From: Octopus bimaculoides
Taxonomy: Eukaryota
Assembly (NCBI RefSeq): GCF_001194135.2
Contig: NC_068984.1
Location: 34,525,162 to 34,589,161, forward strand
DNA length: 64,000 nt
Direction: 5' to 3'
A program made the position numbers and the translations under genes. The notes beneath the pieces are model-generated. The model searched no databases and was not told the DNA's origin. It worked only from the letters and a program-made list of their open reading frames with translations. Positions 1 to 12,580 of this stretch are shown piece by piece (position 1 is the stretch's first letter; every line of letters begins with the position of its first letter).

Positions 1-33
1 GTGAAAGTACGTTATAAAAATAAAACTACTGAA
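1..33 (+). mobile_element. 3' terminus of R4/Dong-like LINE, subfamily A (rest lies outside the window)
   Basis: GTGAAAGTACGTTATAAAAATAAAACTACTGAA matches the 3' UTR ends at 40985-41016 and 51225-51255 (minus strand); followed by (TAA)n. Confidence 0.8.
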
Positions 34-35
34 TG

Positions 36-102
<67 letters not shown>

Positions 103-143
103 GAAGAAGAAGAAGAAGAAGAAGAAGAACAACAACAACAACA
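34..143. repeat. Compound microsatellite (TAA)n-(GAA)n-(CAA)n
   Basis: Directly visible; source of the poly-I/R/T ORF. Confidence 0.95.
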
Positions 144-1158
144 GATGTAGTTGTAAAGAAGGTAAAATCAATAGCAAATCAAAATGCTCTTGAACAATTT
201 GGTGGTAAGAATATCCTCTGCATGGCAACATGTGGCCTGTAGCAAACGAACTGATATAGACCAGAACGACACCCATTGGTCGCTTCGGAGCTTAGGGCTA
301 AAAGCAAAGCTTGAAGGCTTCATCTTGGCTCTCCAAATTAGAAGTTATCGAGCGAAGTTAGTGAAGAAAGGTATAGACCCAAAGTGCCGATACTGTAAAG
401 ATGGGATAGAAACAACTGGCCACCTGATCTCAGGGTTATGGTTTTAGTAGCACCTGTAGAATACAAATCTAGACATGACAGATTTGGCCTCATTGGATAA
501 TGCGTCGGCATTATAGAATCAAAACTGCTGATAAATGTTACAAGCACCACCCTGAGACTGTAACTGAGGGAGAAAATGTACAGACTTGACCATCAAGGCA
601 GTATGTACAGATCTGACCATCAAGGCAAATAAACCAGATATTGTTGTAAAAGACAAAGTCTGTTTATTGATTGACATGAGCATACCTTGTAACCATAATA
701 TCTCGGCAAAAGTCTTTGATAAGCTCAGAAAATGTAAAGATTTGTTAATCGAAATGCAAAAGATATGACATCTCAAGACGGTGACAATACCAGTGATTAT
801 AGGAGCACTTGGAATGATCAAGAAAGAATAGAACATTATTTAAGAATGATCCCTGGCTTACCATCCATGCAGGAAGTGCAAAAGATTGTCTTAACTAGCA
901 CGTCACACGTATTGAGAAGAGCATTGAGGTTGTTAATTTTCTTTCTTTTTTCCCACCTTTACTTTATTTGTGTACTTTTCTACTTTTTCCATTTTTCTCT
1001 CTGTCTTCCCCTTTGTCTCTATCATATGACGCTGTAAATGAACATTTTGGTGTGTTTGTTTTAATGGCCTACCAATGTATACCGAAGGTTTCTTTGCCCT
1101 AGGTATTAGGATGACAGCAAAATATGGAAACAGAATTGAAAGAACATGCTAATGAAAA
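144..1158 (+). mobile_element. 5'-truncated, frameshifted R4/Dong-type RLE LINE (CCHC finger, PD-(D/E)xK endonuclease, 3' UTR)
   Basis: Frames give KAKLEGFILA..DPKCRYCKDGIETTGHLISG, KANKPDIVVKDKVCLLIDMSIPCNHN and IPGLPSMQEVQKIVLTSTSHVLRRAL; homologous to ORF 52700-53266. Confidence 0.9.
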
Positions 1159-1277
<119 letters not shown>

Positions 1278-2654
1278 TCTTCTTTTGAGACAAGCTCATA
1301 GCATCTTCAGCGATGATTGGAAGGTCTCTAGTACATGATTGCAATGTAAAATTTCTCCTGACATAATATGAATAGTAAAGTCGGCATCTGCATGATATGA
1401 ACTTGGAACGTAATAAGTATTAATAAAACAGCACTACAGTATATATCCCGACACTCTACCGGGTCTTCTATCCACTGCCCTTTGATGACTATAATGAGGT
1501 TAAGGTTGAGCAGAGGGAGGAAGAAAGGGAGTTAGTAAACTAACAGAAAGAAGACGAAAAGGCACAATCAGTAAAAGCAAATATACAATATGGTTCACGG
1601 TTAATTTGTGAGAACAGCTATAAATTGTTATGTTGATGTTTTGTTTGTTGTTGTTGGGGTGGTTGCTAAATTCGTTGTTGATGTTGTTCGTGTTCTTATT
1701 GGTGCTAACGTTCGAGGTATTGTGGTTATGTATGTGTGAGTGTGTGTGTGTGTGGGGGGCGTTATGGTGTTGATGGTGGGTCGGTGGAATCTAATAAATC
1801 AAATTGAATCAATTTAAAGATAATCAATATAATCACTTGTCTGTCTCTCACACGTTCCCGCACAAATAGCAAACACAAAAATAAAGAGATAGAAACAAAA
1901 ACATCCAACAAAACAAAACAAAACAATAAAAGGCAAATAAAATGATGAGGAAAATATCAACAAATAAACAGAAATATATGTGCAAAAACACGACTATCAC
2001 TGAATTACATTAAGATAGTGAAAAGTGGAATATTTTTATGTACGGGTGTGTCTCTTTGAGCTTCTGTATGTGTGTGTGTTTGTTTGTGCGTGCAAATATA
2101 TATTATGTATGTATGTATGTATGTATGTATGTATGTATCTATGTATGTATGTGTGTATGTATGCGTGATTGCGTAGTACAGAGTAGGTGTAGAGGAAGGG
2201 GAGATAATATAGAATATGAAACGACTTATTTCGCTTTAAATGTATTGAGACTATACAGGATAGATAATATTTGTTCTCGATGAGAAAACATTGAACCGAG
2301 AAAATAAGGGTAGGAGAAGATTTAACCGTGTTATTCTATTGTTTTGTATTGTTATGATTTACATGATTTAGTCTGTAAAGAAAGGTAGGTGCTTATAGAG
2401 CTTTTCTAGAGACTGAGGGGAAAAAGTAGTGGGTTATTGTCAGGGAGAATGTTTGGTCTGAATGCTTCGCAATGTTTGGAATTGGTCTGAATGCTTCGCA
2501 ACGTTTAAACACAAAGCCACGTTTTGGTGTAAAATCACTCGATTTATTAGGACTACACATGAAACCAAGAACTGTCCGAGGACACACGAATGAGTTTACG
2601 CAATTTCCGTCTACTAAATTTCATTCACAAATGTTTGTAGATTTAAGCGTATGG

Positions 2655-2735
2655 TAGAAAGGCATTAGCCGAAGTGACACAGAGTGGGATTGGACCCAAA
2701 TTCAGACAGTCGCTAAGCAATTTTACCATACAGCA
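2655..2735 (-). mobile_element. Degenerate tRNA-derived SINE head (family 1-like)
   Basis: Reverse complement GCTGTATGGTAAAATTGCTTAGCGACTG..GGGTCCAATCCCACTCTGTGTCACTTCGGC resembles the head of 6811-7200. Confidence 0.5.
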
Positions 2736-2994
2736 ATGGTTGCGCCCTGTTATTTAATCCTCGTCTATCTTCATGGAGCGAATCATTTGCATAAGACGTG
2801 AACATTGTCTCATTTTTGTATATCGGTGATTAAAGTTTACACAGCGTCCTTCTATATTTAGAGAGGAAAATAGTATTTTAGCATTAATTTTTTATCTACT
2901 CAGACAGAACTAATGTGGAGGTTATAAATAAAATAATTTCTTCACGGGGAACCTAGGAAGTATGAATTAAAATTTGAAACTGGAATAAAAAAGA

Positions 2995-3012
2995 TGTATA
3001 ATTGGTATATAT

Positions 3013-3075
<63 letters not shown>

Positions 3076-3775
3076 TATATACAGGTATATATATACACGA
3101 GTATATATGTATATATATATATATACATGTATATACATACATACATGTATATACACACACACACATATATATGCGTGTATATATATACACATATATATTC
3201 ATATATATGTATACATATATATATATATATNNNNNNNNNNNNNNNNNNNNNNNNNNNNNNNNNNNNNNNNNNNNNNNNNNNNNNNNNNNNNNNNNNNNNN
3301 NNNNNNNNNNNNNNNNNNNNNNNNNNNNNNNNNNNNNNNNNNNNNNNNNNNNNNNNNNNNNNNNNNNNNNNNNNNNNNNNNNNNNNNNNNNNNNNNNNNN
3401 NNNNNNNNNNNNNNNNNNNNNNNNNNNNNNNNNNNNNNNNNNNNNNNNNNNNNNNNNNNNNNNNNNNNNNNNNNNNNNNNNNNNNNNNNNNNNNNNNNNN
3501 NNNNNNNNNNNNNNNNNNNNNNNNNNNNNNNNNNNNNNNNNNNNNNNNNNTATATATGTATGTATATATATATATATATATATATACATAAATACATACA
3601 TACATACATATAAATATACACATAGATACACATATATTATTATTACAAATTTGGGATTTAACGAATATGACCACAACTTCACTTTCAGGACAAACTTATT
3701 TTCTGGAGTACACACATATATAAACACACACACACACACACATGTATGCATATATATATACACATATATATATAG
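2995..3775. repeat. (CA)n/(TA)n microsatellite field around an assembly gap (N 3231-3550)
   Basis: Directly visible. Confidence 0.9.
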
Positions 3776-3784
3776 ACCTATGTC

Positions 3785-4153
3785 TTCACTCCTTTCAGTC
3801 ATTAGACTGCGGCCATGGTGGGGCACCGCCCTGAGGAATCTTAGTCAAAGAAATCGTCTTCAGTACTTATTTCCTTTTTAAGCTTGCGGCTCGTTCTGTT
3901 CGACATTTTTGCCGAAGCACACAAACTTAAGGGGACGCAAACACATTGACAGCGAGTATTACGAGGTGGAGGGGGATAAACATGGACTCACACATAAATA
4001 TATATGTCTGGATTCAGTTACCGTGTATCAAATCCACTCTCAAAGGCTTTGGGCTGCCTGATGCTACAGTTGAATCACTTGCCTAAGATACCACACAGTG
4101 GGACTGAATCCGAAACCATGTGATCAGAGGCAGCTTTCTTAACACACAGTCAC
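3785..4153 (-). mobile_element. tRNA-derived SINE family 1, diverged
   Basis: AAATCCACTCTCAAAGGCTTTGG, CAGTGGGACTGAATCC and GACTGCGGCCATG match the reverse complement of 6811-7200. Confidence 0.8.
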
Positions 4154-4161
4154 GTCTGAAC

Positions 4162-4162
<1 letters not shown>

Positions 4163-4227
<65 letters not shown>

Positions 4228-4250
4228 GTCTATCTATCTGCCTATCTGTC
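4163..4250. repeat. (TATC)n tetranucleotide microsatellite
   Basis: Directly visible. Confidence 0.95.
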
Positions 4251-4266
4251 TATGTATTTCGTCTGT

Positions 4267-4415
4267 CTTTACGTTCTGTGTTCAAATTCCGCCGAGATCG
4301 ACTTTGACATCCATTCTTTTGAGGTGGATAAATTAAGTACCAGTTGCATCCGGGGTCAATCTAATCGACTGAACCCCTCCCCAAATGTTTCGGGCTTTGT
4401 GCCTAGAAAAGGAAA
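4267..4415 (+). mobile_element. SINE family 2, partial
   Basis: GTTCAAATTCCGCCGAGATCGACTTTG..GATAAATTAAGTACCAGTT matches 53756-53975. Confidence 0.8.
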
Positions 4416-6810
4416 TGTAAATATTGTCTCCGTAAGTTTAAAATCCTCGGTTTCAAGAACATCCTATCTATATTTTGTGGTGTAAGTGATTAAAAAAATC
4501 AATGTCCAACCGTACTCCTTGTTGTTGACTCCAGTTTCTTCAATTACCTATTCACACACGACAGATTCCCAAACACAAAACTGGAAGTACGTATGCTACT
4601 ACCACTAGATAGCACACGATAAATCTGAAAGTGGACGAGCTCATACACTGTACTCTACTACATTCTTTACATAATATAACATAATTGTATATATATATAT
4701 ATATNNNNNNNNNNNNNNNNNNNNNNNNNNNNNNNNNNNNNNNNNNNNNNNNNNNNNNNNNNNNNNNNNNNNNNNNNNNNNNNNNNNNNNNNNNNNNNNN
4801 NNNNNNNNNNNNNNNTATATATATACAGAGAGAGGAAGAGAGAGTAACGGAGAGGTCAGGAATATTTGTTTGAAAATCAATGAGAAAGACAATAACCATA
4901 TTCAGCTGCCCTGAAAATTCCAGCTTGAGGAGCTAGATTATGAAATTATAATTTTGTAGCTATAATAGGAGGAGCACTTGGTTTTGCGAGTGCATAGACG
5001 AATGCTGATTTTGATAAGCTAGTGTTTTCAGAAGAAACAAATCAACTAAACCCTCACATTATAAATACAATCTGTAAATGGACCAATAAAAATGTGCAAG
5101 ACTTTTTCTCAAGTTTACGAATAGAATTCGTTTTGTTATCTACATTCTAAAAATGGAACTTTGTATCTTCTTAGAATTCAACAGCGTTCACAACAGGAGA
5201 TTTCATCCATCCATCCATCCATCCTTCCATACATACATACATACATAAATACTTACATACATACAGACAGACAGACAGGCAGGCAGGCAGACAGACAGAC
5301 AGACATATATTTCACAAACAAATGAGATCCAGAGATTCTCCGTATAGAACGCACATAAATATTTCTACATTCAACATATAAGATTAAGATTAATGTAATA
5401 TAAAGCTGAAGCAAAGTAACACCAAATATACAGTGCGTGTGTTTTTATTGGCTAAACTGGCAATATGACCATCCCCAAGTACAACAANNNNNNNNNNNNN
5501 NNNNNNNNNNNNNNNNNNNNNNNNNNNNNNNNNNNNNNNNNNNNNNNNNNNNNNNNNNNNNNNNNNNNNNNNNNNNNNNNNNNNNNNNNNNNNNNNNNNN
5601 NNNNNNNNNNNNNNNNNNNNNNNNNNNNNNNNNNNNNNNNNNNNNNNNNNNNNNNNNNNNNNNNNNNNNNNNNNNNNNNNNNNNNNNNNNNNNNNNNNNN
5701 NNNNNNNNNNNNNNNNNNNNNNNNNNNNNNNNNNNNNNNNNNNNNNNNNNNNNNNNNNNNNNNNNNNNNNNNNNNNNNNNNNNNNNNNNNNNNNNNNNNN
5801 NNNNNNNNNNNTATATATATATGGTGCATAATTATTGCGGCTTTTTTTCGACAAATTTTACTCAACAAAAACAATAACAATATTTAACATAAACATCTTT
5901 AAATGACGGTTTGACCGTCTGCTAAGCAAATGGGAAGCAGTAATGGAAGTAGCTGGTGAGTATGCTCCGGAATAATCATTTAAAGATGTTTCTGTTACAT
6001 GTTGTTATTGTTGAATAAAATTTGTTGAAAAAAAACGAAATAATTATGCGCCAACCCAATATATATATACATACACGAACACCCACTCGCAAGCTCATAC
6101 ATGTGTACACTCACACATCATGTGTATGCCTATGTTTCCATATATACCCGTATGCATTTGAGTATGTGCTGTAATTACTATAATATATTAAGAGATTTTC
6201 ATCGAAGCCCAATGAAAATGAAATATAATTTATGTGGATACGTTGATTTTCAATAGAGATGTGTAGACACATGATAACTTGTATTCTATAGTTTTAAATA
6301 CATAATGTATAAATATTTAAGCTGAGGCTAGAATTATTAATGACACAAAACATTAGATTCACTTTTAAAATGTCCATGCTAAATTCCAAATTCCAAATAT
6401 ATGATTTTCCTAAAATGAATTGTAGGCTCCGAGGGAAAATTGGATACGATTATTATCACTTAACCTCAATTGTCCCTTCGTTGTCTATTAAGTTACGCTT
6501 CGGTTATCTTGATGTGTGATATGTTTGCATCCATAAGAATATCATTGTAATAGGATATATATTACGCGATGGTATTGTTTGCAAATGAGATGTATTCACT
6601 TTCTTTTTCCTTCTTTACTTTCTCTCGTCGTGTGAAAATATGAAGATGAATATAGAAACAAATTAACACGGAGATAATTAAAATATGTATCACAATTCCT
6701 TTTTAGATCATATTGGTGTTATAGTCGTTGGTAAATATAAATGCAAAAGTTTTCCACTTAAAAAGGATGATCATGAAAGTGGAAGTATATTTTCGTATTT
6801 ATCATATATA

Positions 6811-7200
6811 GGCGCATGTATGACTGTATGGTAAGAAGCTTGCTTCCCAACCACATGCTTCCTGGTTCAGTCCCACTACGTGGCACCTTACGTAAGTGTC
6901 TTTGAATATAGCCTCGAGTCGACCAAAGCCTTGTGAGTGGATTTGGTAGGCGGAAACAGAAAGAAGTATGTTGTGTATATGTGTATGTGTGAGTGTGTTT
7001 GTCCCTCCACCATCGCTCGCCACCGATGTTGGTGTGTTTCCGCCCCGTAACCTAGCGGTTCGGCAAAAGAGATCGATAGAATTAGTACTAGGCTTATAAA
7101 GAATAAGTCCTGACGTCGATTTGCTCGACTAACAGCAGTGCTCCAGCATGACGGCACTCAAATGATTGAAACAAGTAAAAGAATAAAATAATAAAAGAAT
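6811..7200 (+). mobile_element. Near full-length tRNA-derived SINE family 1 (resembles octopus OK/OR-type CORE-like SINEs)
   Basis: A-box-like TGGTAAGAAGCTTG, B-box-like GGTTCAGTCCC, CORE-like GGCACCTTACGTAAGTG, internal (TG/TA) tract, 3' tail GTAAAAGAATAAAA; four other copies in the window. Confidence 0.85.
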
Positions 7201-7224
7201 CACTTTTAGCAAATTCAAATAAGT

Positions 7225-7395
7225 ATTTCTCATCATGTTAAGCTTTAGATCAGGCTTTATCAATAAAACGTATGACTAACTTTTCAGTGGTAATCATTTT
7301 CCTTTCTGTCTTTACAAAACGAATGTAGAATTACCCAAATTGTCTTCGCATTTTGAGACGGTAACTTATGATTTGAGAGAAATATTTGACTGCCT
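7225..7395 (+). repeat. Degenerate interspersed repeat (family 4; GATTTGAGAGA..TTTG(A/G)CTGC motif)
   Basis: Shares blocks with 43870-44050 (+) and, in reverse, with 23130-23290 and 36050-36130. Confidence 0.4.
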
Positions 7396-8699
7396 CCTCA
7401 TTTTACAAAGTCAAATGAACAATTAAAAACTGCCTCACCAGCACCATTGAAATATTATATACGAACATTATAATTGATCTCATAGTGTATGTAGAGAGAA
7501 ACATAGTGTTGAAATTACGTTTAAATAAATCCAATTGTGTAGGAATGTAAAACAATAGAATAAAGTTTTAAACAGTTTACACCAGTGATTCATTCATTTG
7601 CTTGCTTGCAGCAACGGTAATCGCGCCGATTGAGGTCAGCGCCCAGCACAAGATAACGTTCCGCGTAAACTTACGTCAAGCGCTTTAGTGCAAGTACTGC
7701 TTGATTACTTAAATTATATTACTCTGAAGGACGTTCATGCGGTATTATTCCTAAATGAGATCACTCGGCAGCACAAGTTAGATCAACTTCGTGTATTTAC
7801 AATCACGTGAATTCAAAAATTGACTTTAGTGTGGTAGTTTAAACTAGGGTAGCACACGCAGTTGTATATCACTTACATTTCACTTTTGCTTTTCATACTA
7901 TGCATCTTTTCGAAGTATTTGTCTTTATGGCGGTAGGAGGAAACAGTCCACGTTTCATTCATCATGCGACGGGGAGAGAGTTCGGCATGGGGAGGTCCAC
8001 GCACTCTGTACTTTGGCAGATCTCATGCTTCTATCATTTCCCGGAACAATAGATTCCAGAATGTCAATCCCTCCCCCACATCACCAAGTATCTGCCAACA
8101 TCGAACTCAGTGTTCTTTCAAAAAGGCATTTTAACGGTTCTGTTTATGAAATATGCTAACACAAAGGAGAATAATTATAATAGAAAAACACATTTACGAT
8201 GACACATTTACAAAACACATTTACAACACAAGAAACACATTTACAAAAACACATTTACAAAACATATTTACAACACAAAAAAAAGAGATGTGTATCCCCT
8301 ACACACGCAAACATCAGACGCGGGTGAGGAAAACTACCAGGAATGGTAGAACATATAAATATAACAATTGAAGCAACAATTCCAGTGTAGCAAAGCAGCT
8401 GCTGAAGTCCGATAAATTCCATAGGAAAGTTTTGTACAATGCAGATTTGGTATCTCTGTCATTACGACACACATATTTATGTAGTAGAGGTTGTTTCCAG
8501 GTTGTAGCAAAATAAAAAAGAAAAAGGAAGAATATAAACGAGAAAGTCAGAAAAAAAAAAGAAATACATAAAAAAACACACACATCAATCTAAGGTGTGA
8601 AGAAACAAGATGTTTACTCTGCTTCTCATATATTAGCAGACAATGCATGCGCACATACATACAGAATTACATATATATATACGCACATACCCGTATATA

Positions 8700-8711
8700 C
8701 ATTTAAATATA

Positions 8712-8755
<44 letters not shown>

Positions 8756-8915
8756 CATGCATATGTATATATATACATACAAACTTACATATGTATACAT
8801 ATGTATATATACATATATATATACACACACACACAAACAACAATACATACATACATACATACATACATACATACATACATACATGCAAATAGAAAATACA
8901 TAGATATACATACAC
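8700..8915. repeat. (TA)n/(CATA)n microsatellite field
   Basis: Directly visible. Confidence 0.9.
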
Positions 8916-10268
8916 AGAAGTTTATCATTCAACGATAATGTGACCGAATTTAAATTTCCAGTCAGATTCATGTCATGTATCTCCTTACAACATTTGTGTA
9001 GGTCCTCTCAGACTGCAGCAGCTGCACCGCTACATTAGAATTTCTATTTTGATTGTTACACCACAGATTAATATTTTCTACTAAATCTTTGTGTGTTATA
9101 CATATTTAGACTACCCGCTTCTTAGCTGTTATGTTACAAGTGACACATTAGTTACTTCAGAAAGAACTAAAATGGCTATTCAGAAATGATTTTCTGCCAC
9201 CTCTACCTTAAAATATTCCAAATAATCCTTAATGAGTAAATTTGAATCATCAAAGTGGGTGAGGTTTTCATAGACACCTATATCCTTAATGTAATCTCAA
9301 TTAGAGTTTAATTCGAGAATTTGTGTTAAAATAAAAAAGAATTAAAAACAGGTTTTTTGGATTACCGGTACCAAATTTCAAGTCTAATGTTTGTATTGAT
9401 CCAGAAAGATCGTAGAATGAACTTCGTCAAAGATACTTTGTAGCAGAGTTAAAGCCACGGTGTAATAGTTGTGAAGGAAATTTATATCCCACATAACCAT
9501 GGACGTGTTTTAAACAAGGATCTTAAAAAACACACGCCTCGATACTGTTTCGTTTGCCCTTTAAATATATATGTTTGTATGTGTGTATATTTGTGTGGTT
9601 TTATGAGGGCTACATAAGTTCAATTTCTTAACCACATTTCTTTCTCACTTGATATGCCAGAAATAATTGGTATTTTTCTGTGAAACGGGCACATATCCTT
9701 TGCTACGGACATAGGTGACGCACACGTGCTCGTTTTGAATATGGTCACCTGAGATTTTTGGAACACGCTTCAATTTTGAATGAAGTATTTATAGTATTGA
9801 GTTTATGTGTCCGATACATAATTAACAAAACATGCAGTTTTGTAAAGAGGTGTATATTTCGTTATATTTGGCTTTATTTGTCACATATTCTAAAACCGAA
9901 ACAAGACGCAAATATATTTTAACACATCTAAACTTCGCTTATGCCTACACACTGCTTGGTGCTAATATTACTGAATTCCTTCGGATGTGGCGCTCGAATA
10001 ACGCAACACAGCCAATGTTGTTAACTGCGATTTAGCTAAAATTACATCTTTAAGTGTGCTCAGAGTTACCTGTCTTCGATATTTCACATTGGTACGGCTA
10101 AAGTGCTAGAAACTCTGTCTCTAGAAATCCGACAGGAGGTGACACTGCACAGTTATGTTGTTCTTAACACTCTAACCATAAGAAGTAAGATTTTCTCCGT
10201 GGTAAATACGGTGAATTTGCCTTTGGAAGTTGAAATAGGTCACAAACATATTTTAGCTNNNNNNNNNN

Positions 10269-10300
<32 letters not shown>

Positions 10301-11496
10301 AACAGAGATAAAGGATGAAAATATTTTACGGGTACATAAGAATTTAAAAGAAAGATAATTAACGATTTTCTGTAATCAATGCTTTACAAAATTGTGATTG
10401 ATTAAAGTAGTTGTAAGTTCAAATCGAATAACAGAGAAGCCTGTGGTGGCTATAATGTGAGAGAGATTTCGGTATATAAAATTTGTTTTCACTCTCTAAA
10501 TATATTCTACAAATGTCAAATCCTGTAAATAGTCTTAGCCATTCTGCCACTAACAAAGTTGCTTCCTACATTGAAATACATGCGATAGCTACTTGATAAT
10601 ATACAATCTACTTCCATTAGCACAGACATATTTCATATTACTGTAGCTCAAAACACTGTGAAGTATTCTACTTACTTCAAATACGATGAGTGGTCACACG
10701 ATGAATTGTCATCGTCAGCAGCATGTAAATGCATTGAAATAAGCACACATAGCCGCATGCACACACGTACACACAAGCACACACTGACTGTCTCACACAC
10801 ACAAACCCATAATGATTGAAATCAGAAGTATCTAGCAGTAATTAGGGAACTTGTTATTCTGATCTATGTCCAATTTAAATAATGATCTGTTCCTTATGTG
10901 TATGTGACTCGTTAGTAAAGTTACTTTGATCTCGTTACAATTCAGTCAGAGTGTCTTTTTTTTTAACTGTGTAGCTGTTTCTCTCTCTTATTATATGTCT
11001 ATATGTATATGTGAACACGTGTAAGCGTATCTCCATCTATACATGAACTTGCAAGCACACATATCGAAAAGAATTTATATATATATATATATNNNNNNNN
11101 NNNNNNNNNNNNNNNNNNNNNNNNNNNNNNNNNNNNNNNNNNNNNNNNNNNNNNNNNNNNNNNNNNNNNNNNNNNNNNNNNNNNNNNNNNNNNNNNNNNN
11201 NNNNNNNNNNNNNNNNNNNNNNNNNNNNNNNNNNNNNNNNNNNNNNNNNNNNNNNNNNNNNNNNNNNNNNNNNNNNNNNNNNNNNNNNNNNNNNNNNNNN
11301 NNNNNNNNNNNNNNNNNNNNNNNNNNNNNNNNNNNNNNNNNNNNNNNNNNNNNNNNNNNNNNNNNNNNNNNNNNNNNNNNNNNNNNNNNNNNNNNNNNNN
11401 NNNNNNNNNNNNNNNNNNNNNNNNNNNNNNNNNNNNNNNNNNNNNNNATATATATATATATATACGTATACAAAACATTTACTTTCAGAATGTGAT

Positions 11497-11588
11497 AAAA
11501 AAAAACAAGGCTGTGAAAATTGTAGAACATTTATAAATAGGTCTTACATCTGTTTCCAGGATATTTATTATATAGCTTCGTCGGAGAC
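11497..11588 (-). ncRNA. Degenerate minimal type I hammerhead ribozyme motif plus conserved 3' tail (Penelope-like/retrozyme-type repeat)
   Basis: Minus strand GTCT-CCGACGA-AGCTATAT-aataa-ATATCCT-G-GAAA-CAGATGTA-AGAC, then TTATAAATGTTCT..CACAGCCTTG as in the 34.4 and 42.8 kb copies; perfect helix I GTCT/AGAC. Confidence 0.65.
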
Positions 11589-11628
11589 AGTGTGAGGAAA
11601 TGGTTAAGCAATAGAAAATGGTTAACTT

Positions 11629-11671
11629 TTGCTTTACCATTTTCTCACACCGTCTCCGATGAAGGGATATA
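11629..11671 (+). repeat. Inverted partial duplicate of the hammerhead repeat 5' half
   Basis: TTGCTTTACCATTTTTCTCACACCGTCTCCGATGAAGGGATATA is the near reverse complement of 11569-11611. Confidence 0.8.
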
Positions 11672-11834
11672 ATGAATTTCGTGCCCACTGAATGTTTTAG
11701 TCGTGACGTGACATGGATCAAGGTCACATTTTGTGAAGCATGGTCAAAGTACTGTAGAGGAACATCATGGTATGCATGCTCTTTATGGAACTTTTCATCA
11801 CAAATCTCCATTTGTTTATTTATTCATAATTACT

Positions 11835-12242
11835 CTTTTACTTGTTTTAGTCATCTGACCGCAGCCAAGCTGGAAAACCGCCTTAAAGGTTTGTAGTCGA
11901 ACAAATCGACCCTAGAAACTATTATTTGTAAGCGTAGTAATTATTTTATTGCTGTATTTAGCCGAACCGCTTAGTTACGGGGACGTAAACGCACATATAT
12001 CGGTTGTCAAGCGATGATGCGGAGACAAACACAGAGAAAAAGACACACACTCATAAATATATACAGACACACATGTAAACGACAGGCTTCTTTCAGTTTC
12101 TGTCTACCAAATCCACTCACAAGGCTTTAATCGGTCTGAGGATATAGTAGAAGACACATACCCAAGGTGTTACTCAGTGAGGCTGAATCTGGAACCCCGT
12201 GGGTAGGAAGCAAACTTCTTAAAGCACAGCTACCCCTGCGCC
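11835..12242 (-). mobile_element. Full-length tRNA-derived SINE family 1
   Basis: Matches the reverse complement of 6811-7200 from head (GGCGCAGGGGTAGCTGTG) to tail (ACAAGTAAAAG). Confidence 0.85.
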
Positions 12243-12314
12243 TGTTGGCAATTCTAAAAATGCTTCTCCTAAGTGACAACTGGCTTGAATATATGTTTTG
12301 TATTACAGAAATAA

Positions 12315-12580
12315 GGTTATCTGCAACATGAATTAAAAGTGTATTTGTTGCACAACTATCTAGACTACATCCTTGAATATCATGTTACAATAAGTAATGA
12401 GCAAGGAGAACGATTCCACCAAGACATCGAGAGCATGGACAAAAGGGGTAAAGGCAGGTGGTACACAATCAAGATGGCTGATTGCTACTGCTCTCAGCGG
12501 AGTGACTATCATTATGCATGTCACTTACGCAGAGCAGCAAAGAGAAATTTCACTGGTCCAGTAGCTGAATATCCAGTTTG
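12315..12580 (+). mobile_element. Degenerate DNA transposase C-terminal fragment, CMC/Chapaev3-like
   Basis: VYLLHNYLDYILEYHVTISNEQGERFHQDIESMDKRGKGRW....MADCY resembles the HFLHSHLDFFP..GAVSDEHGERFHQDI..ME.RYQG.W...MADYCW motif I associate with Chapaev3 transposases; superfamily assignment from memory. Confidence 0.65.

Noticed and set aside
6811-6890. tRNA genes at SINE heads (also 38950 and 53756)
   Set aside because: A/B boxes are present but no complete cloverleaf; they continue into SINE bodies.
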